Shown here: positions 21,185 through 30,788 of the stretch, in pieces
Layout: each line of letters opens with the position of its first letter
Position numbering within the stretch: the first letter of the stretch is position 1
From: Thermomicrobiales bacterium
GTDB lineage: Bacteria > Chloroflexota > Chloroflexia > Thermomicrobiales > UBA6265
Length of the DNA: 64,000 nt
NCBI GenBank assembly: GCA_020432165.1
Contig: JAGQGU010000034.1
Location: forward strand, 39,076 to 103,075
Reading direction: 5' to 3'
Notes under the pieces: generated by a model
What the model was told of the DNA's origin: nothing
Seen by the model: the letters and a program-made list of their open reading frames with translations, nothing else
The model's database searches: none
Program-made: the position numbers and the translations under genes

Positions 21185-22083
21185 CGTATTAGTATCTCCA
21201 CTGGTCCGTTGAGCGAGAGATTCCAACGACTATCGAATTCCGAGGAGAAAGGATTCCCTCCAACTAACTTACTAGAGCCGCCGCGCTTGGATCTCGCGGC
21301 CCATTCGTCAAAGGCCGGATGCATCAACCCAACCGATTCCGCAACGTAACCCACACGCTGACGTAACAGATTTATGCCGAACTTCTCTGTGATCGTGACA
21401 ATCTGATCTGGATCCACGAAATCCTCAGCTCGTTGCCAGGAACGGAGGACATTGGCAATGCCGCCGCTCCGATCCGGATGTTGCAGCGATTCGACAAGTG
21501 TCCGCTCTGGGGTGGTTACCCGAACGGGTACCTGTCCGGATTGGACGGTTTCGATGCCAAATGAAATGTCCATTTTGCCGCGAAACCAATCGACCCGTTG
21601 CGAAATCACCTTCTTGGGTCGATGTGCCACGGGCAAGTCAAGTCCTTGCCACTCTTCCTCCTTCGTGCCCAAAGGAATCAACCCAAAACCAGATTCTCCC
21701 CAGGCGGAGATGACCTTCGGTTGGTCGATAGTGAAATTGTGATGCTCAAGGGCACTGTAGTGGGTGAGGATTGTGTATGGGTTAAGCTCAAACAGGAGCT
21801 CGAGTTCTCTTAGAGGGTAGCGTCGCCCGAACGAATCTCTGGTTGCGAAGCAGTTAGGAGCGTGGGGGATCGATTCGATCCTCTGCGAGGTAAACAAATT
21901 ATTGAGAGTGCTCTGAACGTCACTTTCAGACTGCGGCACTTTGACCCACCTGCGTTCATCGGGAGTGTATTCAGATGAAGCACGGCGAAGGTAGATAAGC
22001 GCGCGCCATCGAGACAGAATTCTTCGCTGATCACTACCAAGCGACTGCATAATGGCGGTCGTCGTGGTAATTCGTGAATTCAT
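21181..22083 (-). CDS. abiEi: AbiEi-family antitoxin / transcriptional regulator
   Basis: Contains LTHYSALEHHNF and TTPERTLVESL segments typical of AbiEi, is translationally coupled to abiEii, and ATG 22083 sits immediately below a 41-bp palindrome. Confidence 0.7.
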   Translation of the reverse strand: MNSRITTTTAIMQSLGSDQRRILSRWRALIYLRRASSEYTPDERRWVKVPQSESDVQSTLNNLFTSQRIESIPHAPNCFATRDSFGRRYPLRELELLFELNPYTILTHYSALEHHNFTIDQPKVISAWGESGFGLIPLGTKEEEWQGLDLPVAHRPKKVISQRVDWFRGKMDISFGIETVQSGQVPVRVTTPERTLVESLQHPDRSGGIANVLRSWQRAEDFVDPDQIVTITEKFGINLLRQRVGYVAESVGLMHPAFDEWAARSKRGGSSKLVGGNPFSSEFDSRWNLSLNGPVEILIR

Positions 22084-22087
22084 AGTA

Positions 22088-22128
22088 ATAACCCCTATAC
22101 TCGTCCTTAGGACGAGTATAGGGGTTAT
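22088..22128. promoter_or_regulatory. 41-bp perfect palindrome upstream of abiEi (candidate operator or translational hairpin)
   Basis: ATAACCCCTATACTCGTC-cttag-GACGAGTATAGGGGTTAT: 18-19-bp arms located 5 nt upstream of the abiEi ATG and covering its likely RBS. Confidence 0.5.
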
Positions 22129-22224
22129 AATGTACAAATTCAAGAGTGAAAAAGAACAATTGTGTCCTGGGACGTATATCGTCTGAACATACCCTCTATA
22201 TAGGTCCCATTCAGCCCATTGGCG

Positions 22225-22848
22225 TCACAACTTTAACTCTGGATGTGCGGCCATGTACTCCGCGATCACGTGTGGATACAGCTCCCGTTCAGCAGCGAAG
22301 ACGCGATCAGCCAGGTCGTGGACTCCGTCATCAGGCAGTACCGGCACCACCGCCTGGGCCAGCGGGGGGCCATCATCGTACTCGTCCGTGACCACATGCA
22401 CCGTCGCGCCGCTTTCGGTATCGCCATGAGCCAGCACGGCAGCGTGCACGTGATCGCCATAGAATCCACGGCCAGCGGCGTACGTCTGTGCCTGAGGCAG
22501 CAATGCCGGATGGATATTGAGAATCCGATTCTCCCAACCAGGGAAGATGAGTAGGCGTCGCAGGAATCCCGCCATGATCACGAGATCGACTTGATAGGGT
22601 GCCAGCAGTTCATACATCGCGGCGGAGTAAGCATCGACGCCGCGAGCATCCTTGTGTGTGAGCACATGCGTAGGAATGCCAGCCTCAGCGGCGATCTGTA
22701 ACGCCCGCACATGGGCGACCGAGCTCACGACTACGGCGATCTCGGCGGAGATATCGCCGCGCGCAATGATCTGCAGCAGATTCTCCAGACTGCGACCACT
22801 GCCGCTTACCAATACCGCCAGTCGCCAGCTTGATCTATCCACCTGCAT
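22225..22848 (-). CDS. purN: Phosphoribosylglycinamide formyltransferase
   Basis: LAVLVSGSGRSLENL N-terminus and NIHPALLP active-site motif, with the downstream Asp region. Confidence 0.85.
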   Translation of the reverse strand: MQVDRSSWRLAVLVSGSGRSLENLLQIIARGDISAEIAVVVSSVAHVRALQIAAEAGIPTHVLTHKDARGVDAYSAAMYELLAPYQVDLVIMAGFLRRLLIFPGWENRILNIHPALLPQAQTYAAGRGFYGDHVHAAVLAHGDTESGATVHVVTDEYDDGPPLAQAVVPVLPDDGVHDLADRVFAAERELYPHVIAEYMAAHPELKL

Positions 22849-22947
22849 GCGAGAGTTTTTCCTTCCAGAGCGCGCATCTATCCCACTATCGAGTAGTATC
22901 ACCTACTGAGGCCGCTCACCCAACCACGCCGAAGGATCACCAGTACC

Positions 22948-24156
22948 ATGACGCACCGCACTACACCCGATATCACCCTGGATGTCACCATCGATCGCAT
23001 CGTCGGCGATGGTAAAGGCATTGGCTTTGCCAATGGCAAAACCATTTTTGTTAGCCGTACCGCGCCTGGTGATCATGTGCGGGCGCGCGTGATTCGGGCG
23101 AACAAGAATGTGCTTCATGCCGTGCCGGAGAAGATCTATACGCCTTCACCCATGCGTATCACACCAGATGTGGAGTATGCCGAGCGCGCTGGTGCCTACG
23201 ACTTTATCCACATCAACTATCCGGATCAGCTCAAGCTGAAAATCGGGATCATTGAGGACTCGCTCCGCCGCATCGCCAAGTTGGAGATCTGGCCGGAGAT
23301 CAACATCATCGCCAGCCCCCAGCAGTTTGGTTATCGCAGTCGCGCCGAGTTCCAGGTGAGTGCAGAAAATAGTCTCGTTGGCTACTTCGCCGAGAACAGC
23401 AATGTCATTGTGGATGTCCCTCGTTGTCCCCTTTGCAATGACACCGTGAACATGCTCCTGCAGACGCTGCGGGACGATGTCGAGGCCGGACTCGTCCCTG
23501 CCACGGCGCGCGAGTATCGGGCTGTCGCTGGCGATTTCGGTACAGCATTGGAGCAGACGACGACTCAGCGTTCGGCCACGTTACAGCAGCGGGTAGGGGA
23601 GTTCGATTACCGCTTCAGCGCCGAGTGCTTCTTCCAGGCGAATCACGGTATCGCCGAGGAGTTGGTCAAGGGTGTGATGCGCATCGCTACCCAGGCTCGG
23701 GCTGAGAATGGGTATGCCGTCGATCTCTACGCTGGTGTCGGCCTCTTCAGCCTGCCGCTGGCCAAGCTCTTCAAGCGTGTGCTCGCGGTGGAGAGCCACA
23801 AACCCGCCATTGCATTCTTGAAAGAGAATCTGGAGCATGCCGGATACACGCGCAGCAAGGTCATCAGCACACCGGTCGAGCACTGGGTGCAGGGTGATGT
23901 CAGTAAATATGGCCGCGTGGCGATGATGGTCTTCGATCCACCGCGCACCGGCGCTGGTGCGAAGGCGATTGATGGCATGATCACCATGAATCCGGCCCAT
24001 ATCGCCGCGGTTAGTTGCGATCCGGCGACATTCGCGCGCGACCTCGCTGGTTTGATCGATGGTGGCTATCAGCTCGTCAACATCACTGCCTACGATATGT
24101 TCCCGCAGACGCATCACGTCGAAATCCTGGCGCATCTGAAACGTGCGGATGTCTAG
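22948..24156 (+). CDS. TRAM-domain class I SAM-dependent RNA (uracil-5-)methyltransferase, RlmD/TrmA family
   Basis: N-terminal TRAM-like beta domain (IVGDGKGIGF..GKTIFV..PGD.V), SAM motif DLYAGVGLFSLPLA, FDPPRTG, and the catalytic-Cys region AAVSCDPAT. Confidence 0.8.
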   Translation: MTHRTTPDITLDVTIDRIVGDGKGIGFANGKTIFVSRTAPGDHVRARVIRANKNVLHAVPEKIYTPSPMRITPDVEYAERAGAYDFIHINYPDQLKLKIGIIEDSLRRIAKLEIWPEINIIASPQQFGYRSRAEFQVSAENSLVGYFAENSNVIVDVPRCPLCNDTVNMLLQTLRDDVEAGLVPATAREYRAVAGDFGTALEQTTTQRSATLQQRVGEFDYRFSAECFFQANHGIAEELVKGVMRIATQARAENGYAVDLYAGVGLFSLPLAKLFKRVLAVESHKPAIAFLKENLEHAGYTRSKVISTPVEHWVQGDVSKYGRVAMMVFDPPRTGAGAKAIDGMITMNPAHIAAVSCDPATFARDLAGLIDGGYQLVNITAYDMFPQTHHVEILAHLKRADV

Positions 24157-24159
24157 CCG

Positions 24160-25113
24160 ATGCTGACGATTGCGCCATTCGATAGCGATTTGGATGAGGT
24201 TGTCGCTTTTGCGCGCAGATTCGAGCAGGAGGCGTTGGAGCACTATCCTGCGCTGCCCCGCCCGGATCTGACCGCGTTGCCGGATATGTTGAACCGTATC
24301 GCTGCACGCAGTCACGGCCTGGTCGCGCGGGATCGCGGAGAAATGGTCGGCTGCCTGACGGTGATCGGACCATTCTCGAACTATCATGGCGGCGCATCTG
24401 GCATCTTCTCTCCACTTCTGACGTGCCTCGCACAGCCTGAGCATGCGGATCGCATCTTCACGGAGATGTTGACGGCGTTGGGAGAGGCATCCGAACTTGA
24501 TGGTGTTGATACGATGGCTGTCAGCCTCTTCGCGCACCAGGCGAATTTGAGGGAAAGCGTTGTTCTCAATGGCTTCGGGGCTCGCTGTGCCGATGCCGTG
24601 CAGCAGCTTGATCTGCTACCGCAGTCCACCAGCGATTTTCCATTCGCGATTGAAGAAGTGCACTGGCGCGATGCTGTTTCGATCATCGAGGTCAAGCGTG
24701 CGCTGGCTGCTCATCTCAATGGTTCACCGGTCTTCATGGAGTACTTCGATTTCACCCCGGAGTTCGTCGCGAAGAAGAGTGAGGAGCGTGAATCCGTTCA
24801 TCTCATTGCCCGCGATGGTGATCGTATCGTTGGCTATGTCGAAGCGACCTATGCCGGCGAGAACTACCTCACGATTCATCCAACCATGCGGAATATCTGT
24901 GGTGCCGGTGTGCTGCCGGAATACCGCGATCGTGGCATCATGCGCGAACTGGTTGCTCGTCTCGCCGATCGATATCGCGCCGAGGGCATCACCACACTCG
25001 GCGTAGATTACGAGACCATGAATCCCAATGCCCGCGGATTCTGGGAGCGCTATTTCGTGCCTTACACGCGCTCATTCGAGCGTCGTTTTGATCGTCCCTG
25101 GTCGCGGTCATGA
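24160..25113 (+). CDS. Tandem GNAT-fold acetyltransferase-like protein
   Basis: The C-terminal half has GVLPEYRDRGIMRELVARL (GNAT motif A) and the N-terminal half is a degenerate GNAT. The start is 4 nt after the methyltransferase stop. Confidence 0.55.
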   Translation: MLTIAPFDSDLDEVVAFARRFEQEALEHYPALPRPDLTALPDMLNRIAARSHGLVARDRGEMVGCLTVIGPFSNYHGGASGIFSPLLTCLAQPEHADRIFTEMLTALGEASELDGVDTMAVSLFAHQANLRESVVLNGFGARCADAVQQLDLLPQSTSDFPFAIEEVHWRDAVSIIEVKRALAAHLNGSPVFMEYFDFTPEFVAKKSEERESVHLIARDGDRIVGYVEATYAGENYLTIHPTMRNICGAGVLPEYRDRGIMRELVARLADRYRAEGITTLGVDYETMNPNARGFWERYFVPYTRSFERRFDRPWSRS

Positions 25114-25559
25114 GCGCGCCCAAACCGGTCACGCTCCATCTCTCCTTGCCGATCCCACCCAGCATCAACAGTCAGTATGTGGTGGTTGGTAAACGCAAGC
25201 GTGTGCTCAGCAAAGAGGCGAACACCTGGAAGAAAGACGCCACCAAGGCCCTGAAGATGCTGCGGGATAAATCCGTCATTTCACCGGTAGAGGAGCATGC
25301 CTTTCAGACCAATCTTCTCGGGGTCTATATGACGTTCTACTTCACGACACCAATGCGGCGTGATGTCGATGGTGGCGTCAAGATCACGCTCGATACCGTC
25401 GCCGAAGCGCTCGGTTTCGATGATCGCAATGTGGTGGATATGCATCTCACCAAGCAGATTGATCCGCTCCACCCACGTGTTGAAATCGATATCGAAACCA
25501 TCCACGACTGGACCTTCGATCGGGAGTACGTGGTGTTGATTGACGAAGAAGAGACGTAG
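25110..25559 (+). CDS. rusA: RusA-family Holliday junction resolvase
   Basis: LSLPIPPSINSQY aligns with E. coli RusA ITLPWPPSNNRYY, and RRDVDGGVKITLDTVAEALGFDDRNVV aligns with [28 protein letters not shown]. There is an ATGA overlap with the upstream gene. Confidence 0.75.
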   Translation: MSAPKPVTLHLSLPIPPSINSQYVVVGKRKRVLSKEANTWKKDATKALKMLRDKSVISPVEEHAFQTNLLGVYMTFYFTTPMRRDVDGGVKITLDTVAEALGFDDRNVVDMHLTKQIDPLHPRVEIDIETIHDWTFDREYVVLIDEEET

Positions 25560-25598
25560 GTCCGCATTTTACATGCGGACAACGAGGCATCGCCTCGT
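25560..25598. terminator. Two tandem hairpins at a convergent gene junction
   Basis: GTCCGCAT-tttac-ATGCGGAC (25560-25580) and ACGAGGC-atc-GCCTCGT (25582-25598). The first shares a 17-nt core with the hairpin at 42880. Confidence 0.5.
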
Positions 25599-26191
25599 CA
25601 TCCCACCAACCACACCTCGTCGCCGACGCAAATCTCCGCCACACCTGCCTCATCGTCATACACCGCTACAAATCCGCGTGTGCCGTTCTCCAGGAATTGC
25701 AGTGTCTCTGTGATGCGTTTGTCTGGCTTTTCATCGGGTGTCATTCGCAGACAAAACTTGCTGAATGGAGCACAAGGATGCGCGATATCCCAAGGACCGA
25801 TCGTGATCTCCCGATCATCGCCGCGAATCACCACACCGTGCGCGATCTCCTCATAGGAAACCGTGATATCGTGGTCGATCAGCATATTCTCGCCCGCGAT
25901 TCCGTTTGTCAGATGATCCCCGTACCGGTCTCTCATCCGTCGATAGTGCTCGGTGAAGCAAATACTGACGCCGTTATCACCCCGAAACTTACTGTGCGGA
26001 TGCGTGCGGTTATGCACATCCGGCAGGATCGTGCCGGATTGATCGATACCCTCCACACCGTCGGCCGTCAGTCGCAGCACGGGTACCGATGTGAGGTTCG
26101 GCACCGGGGTATAGATCTGGTGTGGACGCTCGCCAGTCTTGATCGAGTCCACCTGCACCTGCAATCGCACGATTTTTCCGAGATATCGCAT
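25598..26191 (-). CDS. MOSC-domain-like protein
   Basis: Beta-barrel-type sequence with IAGENMLID and the CAPFSKF Cys region. Start at MRYLGK. Confidence 0.55.
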   Translation of the reverse strand: MRYLGKIVRLQVQVDSIKTGERPHQIYTPVPNLTSVPVLRLTADGVEGIDQSGTILPDVHNRTHPHSKFRGDNGVSICFTEHYRRMRDRYGDHLTNGIAGENMLIDHDITVSYEEIAHGVVIRGDDREITIGPWDIAHPCAPFSKFCLRMTPDEKPDKRITETLQFLENGTRGFVAVYDDEAGVAEICVGDEVWLVG

Positions 26192-26237
26192 CCCATCTCC
26201 CACCATTCATCAGGTGAAGCATACGGGATAGATACAC

Positions 26238-26816
26238 TCACCGGACGGCAGCCGCATCAATCCGCGCCTGAATCTGCCGGACAACGTCATCTTTGGCATT
26301 GGCATAGTCGCTCATCGTTTCGAAGTCCTGTGCGGCCAATACTCGCTTGGTCTCGGCGTAGAGCTGCCGATCATCATCGTGCGTACGCAACCAGTCCCGG
26401 AAATTGATGTGACGTGCCACTTCCGGAGAGTCGGCACTCCAGACATGCAGGTTCACATTGATGCGCTCGCTCTTGAACGCGCGATGCTCATTCCACTCCG
26501 GATGTCGTAGCCGCAGTACGAATCCATGCTGCTCCAACGCTGGTACATACGCATCTTCATCGGCTGAATCTGTCACCCCCAGCAACATATCGATACATGG
26601 TTTGGCGATCAGCCCTGGCACCGATGTCGAGCCGATGTGTTCCAGCACGATCGCCTTCTCTCCGAGCGCCGCCCGCACATGTGCAGCTTCTGCTTCATAC
26701 ATCTCTGGCCAGACAGGATCGTATTCGACCAGCACGATCTGCCCGTGTATGGGCGTCGGTGTATTGATAGGGGTGCTGCGATCAGCATTGGTGCTGAAAG
26801 GATCGAACGTGGACAT
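26238..26816 (-). CDS. GrpB/UPF0157 family protein
   Basis: LEHIGSTSVPGLIAKPCIDMLLGV signature and a C-terminal DY..AK region. Confidence 0.8.
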   Translation of the reverse strand: MSTFDPFSTNADRSTPINTPTPIHGQIVLVEYDPVWPEMYEAEAAHVRAALGEKAIVLEHIGSTSVPGLIAKPCIDMLLGVTDSADEDAYVPALEQHGFVLRLRHPEWNEHRAFKSERINVNLHVWSADSPEVARHINFRDWLRTHDDDRQLYAETKRVLAAQDFETMSDYANAKDDVVRQIQARIDAAAVR

Positions 26817-26916
26817 GGCAACCTCGCACGAAATCGACAGGAAAATAGTGGATCAGTGTACCCCATTCTCGCGCACCTGTGGTTGAATACCGATGGTATG
26901 TGGAGAGTGGGGATTC

Positions 26917-27912
26917 ATGATCGAAGTCAATCACATCGCGCGCGAGTTTCGACGCGCCAAACAGGTGCATGGAGCCTTTGGTGGGCTCCGCACATTCTTC
27001 GCACGCGAGAGCGAGATCGTGCACGCGGTGGAGGATGTCTCCTTCCACATTGATGCTGGTGAGGTCGTGGGCTATCTCGGTGCGAATGGTGCCGGCAAGA
27101 GTACGACCATCAAGATGCTGAGCGGTATTCTCGTGCCGACCTCTGGTGAGGTGCGTGTCAACGGCCTCATTCCATGGGAGAACCGCGAGGAGAACGCGCT
27201 CAATATCGGTGTCGTCTTTGGGCAGCGCACGCAGCTCTGGTGGGATTTGCCGCTCATCGACTCGCTGCGTATCATCAGCAAGCTCTATCAGTTGGATACT
27301 GACCGCTTTCAGCGCAACCTTGCCCGGTTGGACGACATGCTCGGGCTCGCACCCTTTCTCGATGCGCCGGTGCGACAGCTTAGCCTGGGACAACGCATGC
27401 GCGGGGATCTCGCTGCAGCCATGCTCTACGAGCCCAAGATCCTCTATCTCGATGAACCAACCATTGGTCTGGATGTGGTCGCCAAGGAGCGCATGCGTAA
27501 CTTTATTGAGCAGGTGAACCAGGAATCCGGGACCACCATCATGCTCACCACCCACGATCTCGCTGATGTCGAACGGCTCACCAAACGCATCATCTTTATC
27601 GATAAGGGCCGTGTTCTTTTCGATGGCCCCGTTGCCGAATTGAAGCATCGCTACTCGCCCTTCCGGGAGTTACATGTCACTCTGGTTCCGAATGGCAACG
27701 AAGCATCGTCTGTCGATGACATCGCGGGCGTGATCCATGTGGAGGCAACACCGACTAGTCTGGTAATCCGCTTCGATCCGGAACGCATCGCTGTAGCGGA
27801 TCTCATCGCGGCTGTGGTCGCGCGTTACGCCGTCAACGATCTCGCCATTGTCGAACCCGCGCTGGAGAATGTGGTGCGTGAGATCGTGCAGAGTGGGGAA
27901 GTGCGGGCATGA
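26917..27912 (+). CDS. ABC transporter ATP-binding protein (partner of two ABC-2 permeases)
   Basis: Walker A GANGAGKST, signature LSLGQRMR, Walker B ILYLDEPT, plus a C-terminal accessory domain. Confidence 0.85.
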   Translation: MIEVNHIAREFRRAKQVHGAFGGLRTFFARESEIVHAVEDVSFHIDAGEVVGYLGANGAGKSTTIKMLSGILVPTSGEVRVNGLIPWENREENALNIGVVFGQRTQLWWDLPLIDSLRIISKLYQLDTDRFQRNLARLDDMLGLAPFLDAPVRQLSLGQRMRGDLAAAMLYEPKILYLDEPTIGLDVVAKERMRNFIEQVNQESGTTIMLTTHDLADVERLTKRIIFIDKGRVLFDGPVAELKHRYSPFRELHVTLVPNGNEASSVDDIAGVIHVEATPTSLVIRFDPERIAVADLIAAVVARYAVNDLAIVEPALENVVREIVQSGEVRA

Positions 27913-28715
27913 ATATTGCCATGCACTATGGAGCCTGGCGAGAGATAGCGCGTTCGCGTATCCGTGTCCAGTACATGTATCGCTTTGCTGTTATTCTCCA
28001 TTTTCTGTTGGCGGCAGTCACGATCTACCTGCTCACGGTGGTCTGGCGCAGTGCCTATGGCGATAGTACCGAGGTCGATGGCATCCCCCTGAAACTGATG
28101 CTGGTCTATCTGACAATCGGTAACCTGCAATCGAAGTTCCTCAGACCAGAGATCGGTTATGACATTGTCGATCGCATCCGCCAGGGGCAAATTGGGTTCG
28201 ATATCAGCCGTCCCGTGAGTTATCCCAGCCAACTCGTGGCCACAGAAGCGGGATTAATGCTGGGTATGGCCCCAATGCTGATCCTGGTGCTGCCGGTGGC
28301 TGGTTTCCTTGGCGAACTTGCACCACCAGCCAGCTGGGAAGCTGGTATCGGCTATGCCGCAAGCTTCCTCATCGCCTGGCTCATTGCCGTTGAGCTCAGC
28401 ATGATCATCGGACTCGTTGCCTTTTGGACGCTCGAGATGACCGGATTCATGATGGTCTATAACCTGGTTGGCAGCTTCGCCACCGGAGCGTTGGTACCAC
28501 TCTGGTTCATGCCGGATCTACTGCGACAGTTCGTGCAGTTACTTCCATTCCAGAGCATCGTCTACATCCCGGTTTCTATCTATATCGGTATTCCTGCCAC
28601 GGGTCATATCGCCACGGCGCTATTGCTGCAATGCTTCTGGGCGGTGGTTCTGGTGGGTGTGATCGCTATCGTCTGGAAGCGCGCCATGATCCGCACCGTG
28701 ATCCAGGGAGGTTGA
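27909..28715 (+). CDS. ABC-2 family transporter permease
   Basis: Six hydrophobic helices. ATGA overlap with the ATPase gene. Confidence 0.7.
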   Translation: MNIAMHYGAWREIARSRIRVQYMYRFAVILHFLLAAVTIYLLTVVWRSAYGDSTEVDGIPLKLMLVYLTIGNLQSKFLRPEIGYDIVDRIRQGQIGFDISRPVSYPSQLVATEAGLMLGMAPMLILVLPVAGFLGELAPPASWEAGIGYAASFLIAWLIAVELSMIIGLVAFWTLEMTGFMMVYNLVGSFATGALVPLWFMPDLLRQFVQLLPFQSIVYIPVSIYIGIPATGHIATALLLQCFWAVVLVGVIAIVWKRAMIRTVIQGG

Positions 28716-28716
28716 T

Positions 28717-29517
28717 ATGCAAAAGCTCTCTGTTCTCGGCACACTTGCCAGCGCCTCGATCCGATCGGAATTGCAGTATCGCGCGAATGCGGTCAGTAGC
28801 ATTATCGGCGGCATCCTCTTTCAGATCACCGGATTTGTGGTGGTCTGGATCATCGCCGCCCGCTTCGGTCAGATCGGCGGTTGGGGTCTGCCGGAGTTAA
28901 CGTTCCTCTACGGTATGCGTTTGACCAGTCACGGGATCTTTTATGCCTGCTTCAGTCAGATGTTTGAGTTCGATCGCGTGCTGATTACGGGCGAGTTCGA
29001 TCGCTATCTCGTGCGGCCAATGCCGCCACTGATCCAGCTCTTTACCCGCAAGCTGCGCATCAATGCCTTTGGTGATCTCATCGGTGGCACGGTTCTGGTC
29101 ATTGCCGCCAGTACTGCTGCTCCGGTGGATTGGAGTCCTTTGGCGGTGACCTACCTGATTCTGGCCATGATTGGTGGCGGTCTGGTGGAAGGTGCCGTGC
29201 AGATCACGCTGGGATCGCTCAGCTTCCGTTTTCTGCAGACATTGCCATTGCGTAGCACCGTGAATGAGGTCTTCAATCTCTACGGAAATTACCCGAATAC
29301 GATCTTCCCCGGAGCACTGCGCTGGTCGCTGACCTTCCTGCTCCCGATCGCATTCGTTGCCTTCTTCCCGGCAAGCGTATTGCTGAATCGCGCGGGCGAA
29401 CTAAGTGTTCCTCTCTGGCTGGCGGCAGCCTCGCCATTGGTGGGTATGGTGCTCTTTAGCATCGCTGTCCGTGTTTGGAAATGGCAGAGCGTGCATTACC
29501 AGAGTTCCGGGAACTAG
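28717..29517 (+). CDS. ABC-2 family transporter permease (second subunit)
   Basis: Six hydrophobic helices. It starts 1 nt after the preceding stop. Confidence 0.7.
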   Translation: MQKLSVLGTLASASIRSELQYRANAVSSIIGGILFQITGFVVVWIIAARFGQIGGWGLPELTFLYGMRLTSHGIFYACFSQMFEFDRVLITGEFDRYLVRPMPPLIQLFTRKLRINAFGDLIGGTVLVIAASTAAPVDWSPLAVTYLILAMIGGGLVEGAVQITLGSLSFRFLQTLPLRSTVNEVFNLYGNYPNTIFPGALRWSLTFLLPIAFVAFFPASVLLNRAGELSVPLWLAAASPLVGMVLFSIAVRVWKWQSVHYQSSGN

Positions 29518-29650
29518 AGATCTCTTCTTGGGGGCCGAACGCCTGTTTGTTGGTAGTGGTGGCCTTTATGGCCACCCTGTGGTGGATGATCAACACCCAC
29601 CTTTTCCTCCCGGATGTGCACGAGGCACACCACTACCGATACGGCGGGGA

Positions 29651-30481
29651 TCACTCAACTCGGGGCGGACCGGCGACGATGCGCTCCAGCAACGATGTCG
29701 GTGTTTCGGATTCGTCCCATCGACTCTCGATGAACCACGTGGCGCCAGCCGCTGCGGCAGCGGTCACATACTCCACATCGTCGGCACTGCTGGTTTTGCC
29801 TTCAACGATGATATCGAATGGATCAGACGACTCGCGGTGATCATCGATCCAGCTTCCTGCCTCGCGGATGACATCTGGAGATGGTGGTGCCCACATCGAT
29901 TGCTCCGTTGTCATATCTGAGAGGACCAATCCGTCCCAACGGGCTGCTCGTGCCAGCGACTTTGGTTTCTTCCAGCCCCCTACAGCCCATACTGGTATCC
30001 GCTGCTGGATCGGCTGGGGCAGAATCAGCATCTCTTCAATCTGATAATGGGTACCGTTGTAGTCGAAGGTTTCGCCGGATTGCGCCAGAGCCAGGATATC
30101 CAGCGTTTCATCAAGGCGGGCAGCGCGCTCCTTCCGGTCAGGTGAATCCGTGTTCACCCCGACAAAGCCGCGATCATCAACAGCACCCAGTCCTACCGGA
30201 ATCACCAGCCGTCCCTGACTGAGATGGTCGATGGTAATCGCCTCCTTGGCGACTTTCCATGGGCGACGTCGCGCCAGTGGCAACACCATCGCCCCGATGG
30301 TGACACGATGTGTCACCCCCGCAATAGCGCCCATCATCACCCACGGATCGTAGACTTCCATACGCCCGATCGAGATAGCGTCCCAGGTAAAAACGCCGTC
30401 CCAACCGTGGGCCTCCGCGGCCGTTGCCATCTCCAGAATCTCTGCGGGGCTTCCCCAACTCAACACGAATCCGTATTTCAT
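29651..30481 (-). CDS. Luciferase-like (LLM class) flavin/F420-dependent oxidoreductase
   Basis: The N-terminus MKYGFVLSWGSPAEILEMATAAEAHGWDGVF is typical of LLM TIM barrels. ATG 30481 lies 9-10 nt after GAAAGG. Confidence 0.8.
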   Translation of the reverse strand: MKYGFVLSWGSPAEILEMATAAEAHGWDGVFTWDAISIGRMEVYDPWVMMGAIAGVTHRVTIGAMVLPLARRRPWKVAKEAITIDHLSQGRLVIPVGLGAVDDRGFVGVNTDSPDRKERAARLDETLDILALAQSGETFDYNGTHYQIEEMLILPQPIQQRIPVWAVGGWKKPKSLARAARWDGLVLSDMTTEQSMWAPPSPDVIREAGSWIDDHRESSDPFDIIVEGKTSSADDVEYVTAAAAAGATWFIESRWDESETPTSLLERIVAGPPRVE

Positions 30482-30788
30482 GCCTTGCACCTTTCTGATT
30501 CAGAAGTCCAGTCTACTCCCTTTATGCGCAACCACCCCCTATCAATATTCAACTGAGTAATATTTTGACTTGACGTATATAGAGAATATCATTGGATGAT
30601 TATGTAACCTTCCATCATCTCCATATTGTTGATTGACATCAAGACAGGTCTTTATAAGGGTGAGTATCCGTGCATGTGCATTGATGGCTATTGCCTTATT
30701 GACAGGGCACTTCTAGACTGTAAGTACAAACCGTGCAAACCGGCGCGGTAGATGTTTCAACTACTTGTCATAGGGGGAGAGTGAGCCC

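Noticed and set aside
22948-26206. Prophage remnant around rusA
   Set aside because: No integrase, repressor, terminase, capsid, tail or lysis genes. The flanking genes are ordinary metabolic or housekeeping types with native-looking composition.
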